A stretch of 64,000 nucleotides of DNA, from contig CAWAIF010000003.1 in assembly GCA_963782055.1 (NCBI GenBank), positions 5,824,001-5,888,000 of the forward strand. Direction: 5' to 3'. The position numbers and the translations under genes were made by a program. This document shows, in pieces, positions 53,425 to 62,829 of this stretch. The notes beneath the pieces are model-generated. The model was given only the letters and a program-made list of their open reading frames with translations, was not told the DNA's origin and searched no databases. The stretch comes from an uncultured delta proteobacterium (GTDB taxonomy: Bacteria > Myxococcota_A > Polyangia > Polyangiales > Polyangiaceae). Within the stretch, counting starts at the first letter, position 1. Each line of letters starts with the position of its first letter.

Positions 53425-54603
53425 TCACCGAGGTGCACCCCATGAGCTTGGCGCGAAACGCTCGCTCGCGCCCATCGGGCCCATCCGTTCGCTCGCGCCG
53501 AGGGGCGCCTGCGGGGCGATGCCCAGCTCGTCCGCGCGCCCGGCGCGCACCGCCTGCACGCGCTCCTCCGCCACGCGGCGCGCCTCGCTCCGCGCCAGCG
53601 CCCGGGCGAACGCCGCCGCCTCCGCGTCCGACGCGCCGACCGGCGACGAGCCCTCCCGTGTCCACCGCGCGAGCAGCTCGGCCAGGATGCCGGCCTGATC
53701 GACCGGCGCGGGCTCGGCCGGCAGCGAGTGGGCCGCCGAGAGGAACACGCCGTCGGGCATGACCCAGCCGATCGCCGCGCGCACGATGGCGTCCTTCGGC
53801 AGGTCCCGCACGAACCAGTCGCCGAGCTGCGCGCCCCCCACCTCGATGTCGCGGGTGACGGTGCGCGGCCCGTCCCACCCCGGCACGATGGCGAGCACCC
53901 GCAAGGAGACATGGCCGCCGCCGGCCACCTTCCGCAGCCGGGCGATGGTGTCGTCGCGGAGCTCCCAGTAGACGTAGACCGTCCTCGGGTCGACCGACAT
54001 GGCGACGCACTCGTCGACGTCGTACCTGGGCGGGAGCGGGTCGGCGTCGAGCATGCGTGCCGGCTCCGGCGGCTCGCGCGACCCGCCCTCCGGCTCGCTC
54101 TCCATGTGGCTGGAGCCGCCGAGCTCGTCCGCGCCGCTCGCCTCCGGCGGGAGCGCCGGCTTGGGCGCGACGTACCCGGGGGACTGGAGCTGCGCCATCA
54201 GGGCCTGCGCGGCGGCGTGCTCCGGCTCCTGCGCGAGCACCGCCCGCAGCGTCTCCAGCGCCTTCGCGCGGTGGCCCTGCGTCGCGTAGATCTCCGCCAG
54301 CGTGACGGTGGGCACCACCGAGGGCGCGCGCTGCGCCGGCGCGGGCGGCGGCACGCTGCGAATGCGATTGGCGGCGTCCGGCAGATGAAGGCCGCGCTCC
54401 ACCACGCGCGCGAGCAGGTCGCGGGCGCGACCCAGAAAGCCCCGCGCCCGGCGCCGCGCCTCGGTGTCGCTCGGGCCGACACGCACGATGAGCTCGTCGA
54501 TCAGCTCCGGCCGCGTGAGGACGCGCGCACGCGGAACCCCGGCGGCCTCCGCCCGCGACACGAGCGCGTCGCGACCCAACGCTTCGAGCTCGGCACGTTG
54601 CAT
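53425..54603 (-). CDS. DUF4912 domain protein with N-terminal helical/TPR-like region
   Basis: LPPRYDVD...M.VDP...YVYWE, DWFV; PTVTLAEIY..QGH. Confidence 0.75.
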   Translation of the reverse strand: MQRAELEALGRDALVSRAEAAGVPRARVLTRPELIDELIVRVGPSDTEARRRARGFLGRARDLLARVVERGLHLPDAANRIRSVPPPAPAQRAPSVVPTVTLAEIYATQGHRAKALETLRAVLAQEPEHAAAQALMAQLQSPGYVAPKPALPPEASGADELGGSSHMESEPEGGSREPPEPARMLDADPLPPRYDVDECVAMSVDPRTVYVYWELRDDTIARLRKVAGGGHVSLRVLAIVPGWDGPRTVTRDIEVGGAQLGDWFVRDLPKDAIVRAAIGWVMPDGVFLSAAHSLPAEPAPVDQAGILAELLARWTREGSSPVGASDAEAAAFARALARSEARRVAEERVQAVRAGRADELGIAPQAPLGASERMGPMGASERFAPSSWGAPR

Positions 54604-54666
54604 CCGGCAGACCCTCCGCGCGGTGTATGCCAGAGGCCAAAGGCGGTTGGAAAGGGAAATCCCTCG

Positions 54667-55659
54667 CTAGCCGAAGGCGCCCTGCCCCGGGCCGAAATCC
54701 CGTGTGATCGCGCGGGCCTCCTCCACGTCGCGGGCGATCTGCGCCTGCAGCTCGGCCAGGCCGGCGAACTTGCGCTCCTCCCGCAGCCGGGCGACCAGGT
54801 GCACCCGCAGCGCGCGCCCGTAGAGATCGCCGTCGAAGTCGAAGAGGTGCACCTCCAGCGTGCGCACGCCGGTGTGGTCGACCGTCGGCCTCACGCCGAT
54901 GTTCATGACCCCATGCCCGAGCGCGGCCGCGCCCCCGGTGCCGTCGAGGGCGTCGACCAGCACCGCGTACACACCGTTGGGTGGCAGGACCTCCGGCACC
55001 TCCACGAGGTTGGCCGTCGGGAAGCCGATGGTCCGCCCGCGCTGATCGCCCCGGACGACGACGCCGGAGACGGCGTGAGGCCGGCCGAGGACCTCGCTCG
55101 CGTCGGCGAGGTCGCCGCGCGCGACCGCGTCGCGCACCCGCGTGCTGGAGAAGGGCCCGCGCGCGTCGCCCTGGACCGGGAAGGAGTGCGCCGTGAAGCC
55201 GAGCTTCTCCCCCAGCCGCGTGAGGGCGGCGAAGTCGCCCGCGCGCTTGTGGCCGAAGCGGAAGTTGTCGCCGACGACGACCACCCGCGCGCCGAGCGCC
55301 CGGGCGAGCAGCTCCTCGACGAAGCGCTCCGGAGACCAGAGGGAGAAGGCGAGGTCGAAGCGCTTCACGCACACCTCGTCCACGCCGACGCGCCGCAGCA
55401 GCTCGGCCTTGCGGGGCAGCGTCGTGAGCGTCGGGGGAGGGGTGCGGCCGAGCACCACCGCCGGGTGGGGGTCGAAGGTGAGGACGCGCAGCGTCAACCC
55501 CTCGCCGCCCGCCTCCGCGCGCGCCGCGGTCACGACCGACCTGTGCCCGCGGTGCACGCCATCGAAGTTGCCCACGGCCACCACCGAACGCTCCCCCGGA
55601 CGCGAGGCGAGGGAGCCCCCGGGCACGTCGTCGATACGTGTAGCCTGCAAATTTTCCAT
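54667..55659 (-). CDS. ribF: Bifunctional riboflavin kinase/FAD synthetase
   Basis: GNFDGVHRGH, TFDPHP, SSTRVR, GRTIGFPTAN, NIGVRPT, EVH. Confidence 0.97.
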   Translation of the reverse strand: MENLQATRIDDVPGGSLASRPGERSVVAVGNFDGVHRGHRSVVTAARAEAGGEGLTLRVLTFDPHPAVVLGRTPPPTLTTLPRKAELLRRVGVDEVCVKRFDLAFSLWSPERFVEELLARALGARVVVVGDNFRFGHKRAGDFAALTRLGEKLGFTAHSFPVQGDARGPFSSTRVRDAVARGDLADASEVLGRPHAVSGVVVRGDQRGRTIGFPTANLVEVPEVLPPNGVYAVLVDALDGTGGAAALGHGVMNIGVRPTVDHTGVRTLEVHLFDFDGDLYGRALRVHLVARLREERKFAGLAELQAQIARDVEEARAITRDFGPGQGAFG

Positions 55660-55756
55660 CCGGACATACCCCTTTTAGCACCCGGGCGTCGTGCCGCGGG
55701 AGATGAGCCGACGACCGGCTCCCACCCCACGTCGAGTTTGCGGTAACGTGCGCGTC

Positions 55757-56578
55757 ATGAATCGCAGGTTCCTCCAGGCGCTCTCGTGGATGGCGGCGCT
55801 CCTGTGCGTGCTGCTCGTCTCGCCCTTTGCCCACGCCGGCGGTCGCTGGCGTCTGCGCTCTCACGACGTGAAGGAGGTGTCCGGCGCCTGGCACCTGTTC
55901 GTGAGCATCGACCTCACGCGCGCGCCGTCGATCGCGCACGTGCCGATGAAGTTCATGTTCACCAAGACCATGGTCTACGAGCGCGCCCTGACGGACGCCT
56001 CCAAGCAGCCGGTCCTCAACAAGATCGCCGTCCAGAACCAGATGCCCAGCATCGAGAGCCTGGACGTCGACTTCGCCGACGGCACCGGCAAGATCTACAA
56101 GTCCACGCGCTTCGACTTCGGCCTGACGCGCCAGCGCGGCTTCGAGGCGGGTGAGTACACCATGAAGGTGCAGCTCGCCGACGGCACCAACCTCGCCGGG
56201 ACCGCCAACCTGGTCCTCGAGGGCGACAACCCCGTCGTGGACCGGCGCAGCATCACCTTCGACGCCAACAACAAGAAGATCAAGAAGGTGGACAACGGCC
56301 TGGACGGCGGCGTCGCCTCCAACAGCCCCAACAACGACACCGCGATGGCGGCGCCCACCTCGACCGAGGTGCAGCCCGTCGGCACCGCCGCGCCCTTCAT
56401 CCCGGCGAGCGCCTTCCAGGAGACCGACGCCGAGCAGGTCAAGGAGAAGCCGGGCGGCTGCGGGTGCTCGGTCCCCGGCGTACCGCTCGGGACGGTAGAG
56501 CTCTTCGGAGCGCCGCTCGGGCTCGCACTGCTCGGGCTACGGCGTCGCCGCCGGCGCGACCGCGACGACGCCCGTTGA
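55757..56578 (+). CDS. Exported protein with MYXO-CTERM sorting signal
   Basis: Signal peptide ending AHA; C-terminal GGCGCSVPG, hydrophobic stretch, RRRRRR. Confidence 0.8.
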   Translation: MNRRFLQALSWMAALLCVLLVSPFAHAGGRWRLRSHDVKEVSGAWHLFVSIDLTRAPSIAHVPMKFMFTKTMVYERALTDASKQPVLNKIAVQNQMPSIESLDVDFADGTGKIYKSTRFDFGLTRQRGFEAGEYTMKVQLADGTNLAGTANLVLEGDNPVVDRRSITFDANNKKIKKVDNGLDGGVASNSPNNDTAMAAPTSTEVQPVGTAAPFIPASAFQETDAEQVKEKPGGCGCSVPGVPLGTVELFGAPLGLALLGLRRRRRRDRDDAR

Positions 56579-57597
56579 CGCCGCGGTCGGCGATCGAGCA
56601 GGCCCGCCGCGGGCAGCTCCTTCCGGTCTATCTCGTCGCGGGCGAGGAGCGCCTGCTGCGTGACGACGTGATCGCCGCCGTGCGCGCGGCGAGCCTCGGC
56701 ACCGGCGTGGCTGCCTTCAACGAGGACAAGTTCACCGCCGGGGAGGTCGACGCCGATCGCGTGGTGTCCGCGGCGCGCACCGTGCCGATGATGGCGCCCC
56801 GGCGCTTCGTGCTGGTGCGCTCGGTGGAGCGGTGGGACTCCGGCGGCGAGGACGGCGAGCGCGCCTCCTCGGCGCTGGACAGGCTGACCGAGTACGCCAA
56901 GGCCCCGGTCGACACCACGTGCCTCGTGCTCGTCGCCACCAAGCTGGACGGCCGCCGCAAGCTCGCCGTGCTGGCGAAGAAGCAGGGCTTCCTGGTGGAG
57001 TGCGCCGCCCTCTCGGCGCACGAGCTGCCCGGGTGGATCGCCGAGGCGTCCAAGGACAAGGGCCACGCCATCGATCGCGAGACCGCCGCGCTGCTCGCCG
57101 AGCTCGCCGGCCCGGAGCTCTCCTACGTCGCGGACGCGATCGAGCGACTGTCCCTGTTCGTGGGTCCGGGCAAGCCCATCGACGGCGAGGCGGTCGCCCA
57201 GTGCGTGGCGCGCGTACGCACGGCGGACACCTGGGCGGTCGTCGGCGCGGTGTCCAGGCAGCGCCTCGGCGATGCGCTCGCCGCCCTCTCCGAGGCCTAC
57301 GACCCGCGCGACCGCGGCCTGATGATGCTGGGCGCCCTGGCGTGGTCGGTGCGGCGCCTCGCGCGCTACAAGGCCGCCACCGACGCCGGCGTCCCGCACG
57401 ACGAGGCGGCGCGGCGGGCAGGGGCCTTCGGGCCGCAGCAGGGACGTGAGCTCGCCGAGCGCGCGCGCGGCCTCCGCGGCAAGGAGCTGGAGCGCTGGGT
57501 GCTCGTCCTCGCCGAGACGGACCTGGCGCTCAAGGGCTCTCGCCGCCCGCCGGAGGCGATCCTCGCCGACATGATCACGCGGCTCTGCCGGCGCTGA
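56575..57597 (+). CDS. holA: DNA polymerase III subunit delta
   Basis: TTG 56575 overlaps upstream TGA; PVYLV.GEE, TVPMMA.RR.V.V, D.RRK, TDL.LKG. Confidence 0.9.
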   Translation: MTPRSAIEQARRGQLLPVYLVAGEERLLRDDVIAAVRAASLGTGVAAFNEDKFTAGEVDADRVVSAARTVPMMAPRRFVLVRSVERWDSGGEDGERASSALDRLTEYAKAPVDTTCLVLVATKLDGRRKLAVLAKKQGFLVECAALSAHELPGWIAEASKDKGHAIDRETAALLAELAGPELSYVADAIERLSLFVGPGKPIDGEAVAQCVARVRTADTWAVVGAVSRQRLGDALAALSEAYDPRDRGLMMLGALAWSVRRLARYKAATDAGVPHDEAARRAGAFGPQQGRELAERARGLRGKELERWVLVLAETDLALKGSRRPPEAILADMITRLCRR

Positions 57598-58777
57598 CCT
57601 TCCGTCCCAGCAGCAGCGCGCCGGTGGCGGCGAAGGTCGCGCTCATCCAGAACGCCGCCGCCGGGTGCGCGTCGAAGAGCACGCCGAAGAGGGCGTTGGC
57701 GGGCAGCACGGCGAAGCCGGTGACCGCGTGCAGCGCGCCGAACGCCCGGCCGCGCTGCTCGGCCGGCGCCAGCTCGGCGAGGATGGCGCGGCCACCGCCC
57801 TCCGAGAGGCCGTAGTAGCCGCCGTAGATCAGCATCACCGCCCACGTCGCCGCCACGGTGTGGACGAGCGGGAAGATGACGTACACGCCGGCGTAGAGGA
57901 ACCAGGCGACGCGCACCGTCTTGCGGTGCCCGACGCGGTCGGAGAGGCGGCCGCCCGGCACGTTCATGAGCGCGCGCGCCGCGCTGAGGGTGAGCCACGC
58001 CACCGGGAGCCACGCGTTGGGCAGGCCGAGCTTGTGCAGCCGCAGCAGGATGAAGGTGTCGGCGGAGGCACCCAGGGAGAAGAAGGCGACCGCCAGCAGG
58101 TAGCGCCGGACCGGCGGGGCGAGAGGCACCTTCCTGGGGTCGCCGGCATGCGCGTCGTCCGCCGGCTTCGCGGCGGGCGCGGCGTCCACCGGGGCGTCCG
58201 GCTCGTGGACGCCGAAGGCGAGCACCGCCATCGCGATGAGACCGGGGAAGATGGCGAAGGCGAAGATCTCCCGGAGCGACCAGCCCAGCCCCTGCGCCAG
58301 CGCGAACGCGACGGTGGGGCCGATGACCGAGCCGGTGTTGTCCATCATCCGCTGCACCCCGTAGGCCCTCGCGCGGCTCCCCGCGTCGACGGCGCCGGCG
58401 AGGATCGCGTCGCGCGGCCCGGCGCGCACGCCCTTGCCCACGCGATCGGTGGAGCGCACCAGCACCACCTGCCAGGGCGCCGCGACCAGCGCGACGAGCG
58501 GCCGCACCACGGTGGACAGGCCGTAGCCCGCGAGCACGTACGGCTTGCGGTGGACGCGACGGTCGGAGAGCGCGCCCGCCACCCACTTGACGAAGGACCC
58601 GACCGACTCCGCCACCCCCTCCACGATGCCGAGCCACGTGCCGGCCGCGCCCATCGTCGCGAGGAAGGCCGGGAGCAGCGGATAGATGAGCTCGGAGGAG
58701 GCGTCGGTGAAGAGGGACACCCAGCCGAGCTGCCGCACGATGGGCGGCAGGGGGCTCTCCTTCTTCTTCTCGCTCAT
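57575..58777 (-). CDS. MFS transporter
   Basis: VSLFTDASSE, G.LSDR, DRVGKG.R..PRDA; about 12 hydrophobic segments. Confidence 0.92.
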   Translation of the reverse strand: MSEKKKESPLPPIVRQLGWVSLFTDASSELIYPLLPAFLATMGAAGTWLGIVEGVAESVGSFVKWVAGALSDRRVHRKPYVLAGYGLSTVVRPLVALVAAPWQVVLVRSTDRVGKGVRAGPRDAILAGAVDAGSRARAYGVQRMMDNTGSVIGPTVAFALAQGLGWSLREIFAFAIFPGLIAMAVLAFGVHEPDAPVDAAPAAKPADDAHAGDPRKVPLAPPVRRYLLAVAFFSLGASADTFILLRLHKLGLPNAWLPVAWLTLSAARALMNVPGGRLSDRVGHRKTVRVAWFLYAGVYVIFPLVHTVAATWAVMLIYGGYYGLSEGGGRAILAELAPAEQRGRAFGALHAVTGFAVLPANALFGVLFDAHPAAAFWMSATFAATGALLLGRKVSAGRAA

Positions 58778-58863
58778 CGACCAGGCACCCTACGCGCAAC
58801 CGCGGCGGCCCATCCAGTCATCGTAGCGAGCGTGACGTCCGCGACCTCGGCCGCGTCGAGCCT

Positions 58864-58892
58864 TTGACGCAGGGCCGGCCAGGACTTACGTT
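58864..58892 (+). promoter_or_regulatory. Sigma70-type promoter of ribA
   Basis: TTGACG-17 nt-TACGTT. Confidence 0.6.
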
Positions 58893-58969
58893 GCCAAGGC
58901 CGCGCTGGCCGACTAAGGGAGATCCTTCGCGCCAGCCGCGCCGCTCGCTGATTGAAGACAAGGAGAACC

Positions 58970-59716
58970 ATGGAGATGCACGTCCCCGAACGGGTGATCC
59001 GGCCTCTTGAGAAGGACCGCGCCGGCACGACCGAGACGCCGAACGGTCCAACCATCCTCTCCCGCGGCACCGAGTGGCTCGCCTCCGCCCCCCTGCCGAC
59101 ACGTCACGGGGACTTCACCACGCACGTCTTCCGCAGCGTGGCCAACGCCGACGGCGGCGACACGGGCGAGAAGGAGCACGTCGCCCTGGTCTACGGTCAG
59201 GTCGCCGGCAAGACGCACCTCCCGGTGCGCGTCCACTCCGAGTGCATGACGAGCGAGGTGTTCGGCTCGCTCAAGTGCGACTGCAAGGCGCAGCTCGACG
59301 CCGCGATGGCGGAGATCGTCCGGCGCGGCGCCGGCGCGGTGCTCTACCTGCGGCAGGAGGGGCGCGGCATCGGCCTCGCCAACAAGATCCGCGCGTACGA
59401 TCTGCAGTCGCGCGGGGCGGACACCGTCGACGCCAACCGCCTCCTCGGCCTGCCGGACGACGCGCGCCGCTACGACGTGGTGAGCGACATGCTGGAATAC
59501 TTGCACATTGCAAGCATTCGCCTGATGACCAACAACCCCGCGAAGGTGGAGGGCCTGCGGGCGCTGGGCGTGCAGGTGGCGTCCCGCCTGCCGGTGATCG
59601 TCCCGGTCAACCCGCTCTCGGCGCGGTACCTGGAGACCAAGCGCCTGCGCATGGCCCACGAGCTCCCGGAGACGCTCCCCACCACGCTGGCCGCCACCGG
59701 CAGCGACGGCGAGTAG
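58970..59716 (+). CDS. ribA: GTP cyclohydrolase II
   Basis: AGGAG RBS; VRVHSEC.T...GS.KCDC, QEGRGIGL.NK, LMTNNP.K. Confidence 0.95.
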   Translation: MEMHVPERVIRPLEKDRAGTTETPNGPTILSRGTEWLASAPLPTRHGDFTTHVFRSVANADGGDTGEKEHVALVYGQVAGKTHLPVRVHSECMTSEVFGSLKCDCKAQLDAAMAEIVRRGAGAVLYLRQEGRGIGLANKIRAYDLQSRGADTVDANRLLGLPDDARRYDVVSDMLEYLHIASIRLMTNNPAKVEGLRALGVQVASRLPVIVPVNPLSARYLETKRLRMAHELPETLPTTLAATGSDGE

Positions 59717-59733
59717 GCCCGCCCTCCCTCACC

Positions 59734-60930
59734 TCAGTGCGCGGGGTGGTCCTGCGCCGGCATGCTCGCCACCATCGGCCGCAGGCGCTCGAGGTAGCTC
59801 GACAGCAGCGTTTGCACCCGGGCGCGGTCCGGCGACGCGAAGACCAGGCCGATGTGGTGCGCCTCGGGTGAGCGGAACACCACCTCCGGGTCGGAGAAGG
59901 GGGAGAGGTCCGGGTGCTCGTCGCGCGCGAGCGTCATCACCAGCCCGCCGTAGTCGCCCCTCGTCTCCGGAAGCTCGTAGGGCGTCTTTCCGCCGCCCAC
60001 CTCGATCTTCGCCCACTCCACCCAGAGGTTGATGCCGGTCGCCGCCTCCACCATGTCGGCGATGTGGGCGCCGCCCACGCGCGCGGCGCACTCCAGCATG
60101 TAGAATTTCCCGTCGCCGCGCGCCTTGATGTACTCCACGTGCGAGACGCCGCGCACCAGGTTCATGCAGGCGAGGGTGCGCTCGTTGAGGAACTGGAGCT
60201 CGCGCTCGTCGCTCGATCCGCGCGGCACCGTGCTGGTGGAGAAGATGCCGCCGCCGTGCGCCACGTCGAAGGGGGGCGCCGTGCACTTGTTCACCGCGGC
60301 GAAGACCACCTTGCGCTCGGTGACGATGGAGTCCACGTGGTAGACGTCGCCCGGGAGGTACTGCTCGAGCAGGAAGTACGACTGCCGGTCGCCCTGCCGG
60401 TTCACCAGCTCCCAGAGCTGCTCCTCGCTCGCGACCTTGGTGATGCCCGAGGCGCTCGCCTCCGCGCGGGGCTTCTCCATCCACGGGGGCGGCACGCGGC
60501 GCATGAACTCCCGCAGCGCGTCGTGGTTGAGCACGTGCACGAAGTCGGGCACCGGGATGCCCTCGTCGCGCGCGCGCACGCGCATCGCGAGCTTGTCGCG
60601 GAAGTGGCGCGCCGTCGTGTCGCCCATGCCCGGGATGCGCAGGTGCTCGCGCAGCGACGCCGCGGTCTCCACGTCGAAGTCGTCCAGCGCGACGATGCGG
60701 TCGAAGCGGGTGGTCCGCGCCAGGTAGCTCACCGTGCGCACCGTCTCCTCCAGGGGGGCGCCATCGCGCTGGGCGAAGACGTCCGCCAGCACGTCGCGCG
60801 GCCAGGGCTTGCCGAGGAGCTTCTCCGTCGTCAGGAGGTAGACGCGGGCGCCCATGGAGGCCGCCTGGCGGATGAAGCGCTCGCCCTTGTAATAGGAGGC
60901 GAGGCAGAGAAGGGTGAGAGGCTCGGCCAT
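59734..60930 (-). CDS. ATP-grasp domain protein
   Basis: FRDKLAMR, KPR..ASA.GI, LEQYLPG, HVEYI, LECAARVGG. Confidence 0.85.
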   Translation of the reverse strand: MAEPLTLLCLASYYKGERFIRQAASMGARVYLLTTEKLLGKPWPRDVLADVFAQRDGAPLEETVRTVSYLARTTRFDRIVALDDFDVETAASLREHLRIPGMGDTTARHFRDKLAMRVRARDEGIPVPDFVHVLNHDALREFMRRVPPPWMEKPRAEASASGITKVASEEQLWELVNRQGDRQSYFLLEQYLPGDVYHVDSIVTERKVVFAAVNKCTAPPFDVAHGGGIFSTSTVPRGSSDERELQFLNERTLACMNLVRGVSHVEYIKARGDGKFYMLECAARVGGAHIADMVEAATGINLWVEWAKIEVGGGKTPYELPETRGDYGGLVMTLARDEHPDLSPFSDPEVVFRSPEAHHIGLVFASPDRARVQTLLSSYLERLRPMVASMPAQDHPAH

Positions 60931-61013
60931 CGTCGCCCTTCGTACCAGAGCTCGCGGCGAGCGTCGATGCGAGGCGGTAGCCGAACGGTGCACCGTGACC
61001 TAACGTGGCGCAC

Positions 61014-62759
61014 GTGATCGACTACCACGTCCGCGTCGTCCCCGGCGGCCAGGCCCTCCACTGCACGCTCGACGTGGCGCACGCGGCGGGGGGCGACCTG
61101 CGCGTCGCCTGCCCCGCCTGGATGCCCGGCGCCTACGCGCTGCTCAAGCTCGCGCGGGACGTGGTGGACGTCCGCGCCGAGGACGCCGCCACGGGCGGTG
61201 CGCTCGCCGTCGTGCGCGACGGCTGGCAGGGGTTCCGCGTCCCGGACGCGCCGGCGCGCGTGCGGCTCACGTGGCGCGCCGTGGCCGCGGACATCGCGTG
61301 GGCGGAGATCGCCGGCCTCGTCTTTCACGACCGCGCGCTTTTGGCCGGCGCGCGCTACCTCGCGCCGGTCGGCTACGAGGGCCCGGTCCGCGTGCGCTAC
61401 GAGCTGCCCGAGGGCTGGACGCTCCACCACCCGTCGGGCGCGCGGAAGGTGGACGAGCGCACCTTCGAGTATGCCCGTCGCACCGACCTGCTCGACGTGG
61501 TCGCCCTCGCGGGCGCGCCGGACGCAAAGACCCAGGAGCTCGAGGGCACGCCCTTCCACTTCGTCTTCTTCGACCGCGCGGCGGGCTTCGAGGAGGGCCA
61601 CGGCGCGCTGGTGGAGGGCGTGCTCGCGGCCGCGCGGGCGGCGCGCGCGGTCTTCGGCGCCTTCCCCTTTGCAGAATACACGTTCTTCGTGGCGCACGAC
61701 CCGCGCATGCAGTGGGGCCTGGAGCACCCCGACTGCACGACCATCGGCGTGGGGCAGGACGTCTACGCCGACGAGGAGGCGATGCGCGCGGCGGTGCGCG
61801 TGGCGGCGCACGAGCTCTTCCACGCGTGGAACGTCTGCCGGATGAAGCCGCGCGCCCTCCTGCACCCGGACCTGGAGCGCGGCTCCTTCGTCGACGGCCT
61901 CTGGGTGAGCGAGGGCTTCACCCGCTACTACGAGATGCTGCTCTCCACGCGCGCCGGACGGATGAGCGCGTCACGCTTCTTCTCCAACGTCGTGCGCTAC
62001 CACGAGCACCTCTCCGCGCTGCCGGCCTACGGCCTGGTGACGCCCGCGGACGCGTCGCTCGCGGCCTTCCTCAACCGCGGCCGCTTCCCCGGCCAGCCCG
62101 ACGTGGCGATCGACTACTACGACGCCGGGATGCTCGTGGCGTTCGACCTGGACCAGGCGCTGCGGGAGCGCGGCTCCTCCCTCGACGAGGCGCTGCGCGC
62201 CTTCTACGCGGCGCACCTCGCCGAGGGCTTCGACACGTCGGACGTGCGCGCCTTCTTTGCGGGCCTCGCGCCCGAGCTGGGCACCATGGTGGAGGCGGAG
62301 GCGGAGCGGCCCGGCGGGCTCTCCACGCTGGAGCGCCTCGGGCGGCTGGGGTTCGGGGTGGAACGCTCCGACCGCGGGGAGATTGGCGTGGTGTTCGCCG
62401 ACCCGCGCGCAGGGCGCGTCGCCTCGGTGCTGGAAGGCAGCCCGGCGGCGGCCGGAGGCCTCGCGGCGGGCGACGAGATCGTGCGGGTGGCGGGCCACGT
62501 CTACTCGCCGCGGGTCCTCGCCATCGGCATCCGGCGGCGCGCGCCGCTTGCGCTCGGCGTGCGGCGCGGCCATCGGGAGCACGAGCTCACCGTGACACCG
62601 CGGCACGCCGCCCGCGTCTCCGGGCTGGTGTGGAAGGGGTCGGAGGCCGCCCGCGACCACCTGGCCGGCTGGCTGGGGTGCCCGGTCCCGTGGGAGGCGG
62701 GCGAGCGCATTTCCCTCTCGCATTACGACAACTTCCACGGGACCGTCGACGTCCTCTGA
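61014..62759 (+). CDS. M61 family metallopeptidase with PDZ domain
   Basis: PAWMPGAY, GLEH, HELFHAWNV, WVSEGFT.YY, YY..G, SPA..GGL.AGDEI; start 61014 (7 nt after TAACGT) or 61005. Confidence 0.9.
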   Translation: MIDYHVRVVPGGQALHCTLDVAHAAGGDLRVACPAWMPGAYALLKLARDVVDVRAEDAATGGALAVVRDGWQGFRVPDAPARVRLTWRAVAADIAWAEIAGLVFHDRALLAGARYLAPVGYEGPVRVRYELPEGWTLHHPSGARKVDERTFEYARRTDLLDVVALAGAPDAKTQELEGTPFHFVFFDRAAGFEEGHGALVEGVLAAARAARAVFGAFPFAEYTFFVAHDPRMQWGLEHPDCTTIGVGQDVYADEEAMRAAVRVAAHELFHAWNVCRMKPRALLHPDLERGSFVDGLWVSEGFTRYYEMLLSTRAGRMSASRFFSNVVRYHEHLSALPAYGLVTPADASLAAFLNRGRFPGQPDVAIDYYDAGMLVAFDLDQALRERGSSLDEALRAFYAAHLAEGFDTSDVRAFFAGLAPELGTMVEAEAERPGGLSTLERLGRLGFGVERSDRGEIGVVFADPRAGRVASVLEGSPAAAGGLAAGDEIVRVAGHVYSPRVLAIGIRRRAPLALGVRRGHREHELTVTPRHAARVSGLVWKGSEAARDHLAGWLGCPVPWEAGERISLSHYDNFHGTVDVL

Positions 62760-62829
62760 CCGCCGGCGCCGGTCCGGCCGCGCTGCCTCTTGCGGACCGG
62801 AGGGGGAGAATTAGACTCCTGCGGCCAGC

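Noticed and set aside
54604..54666. Sigma54 promoter TGGCATACACCGCGC upstream of the DUF4912 gene
   Set aside because: Spacing fits but the -12 element lacks TTGC; too weak to call
58780..58969. FMN riboswitch upstream of ribA
   Set aside because: Conserved RFN sequence blocks are absent and the leader is too short
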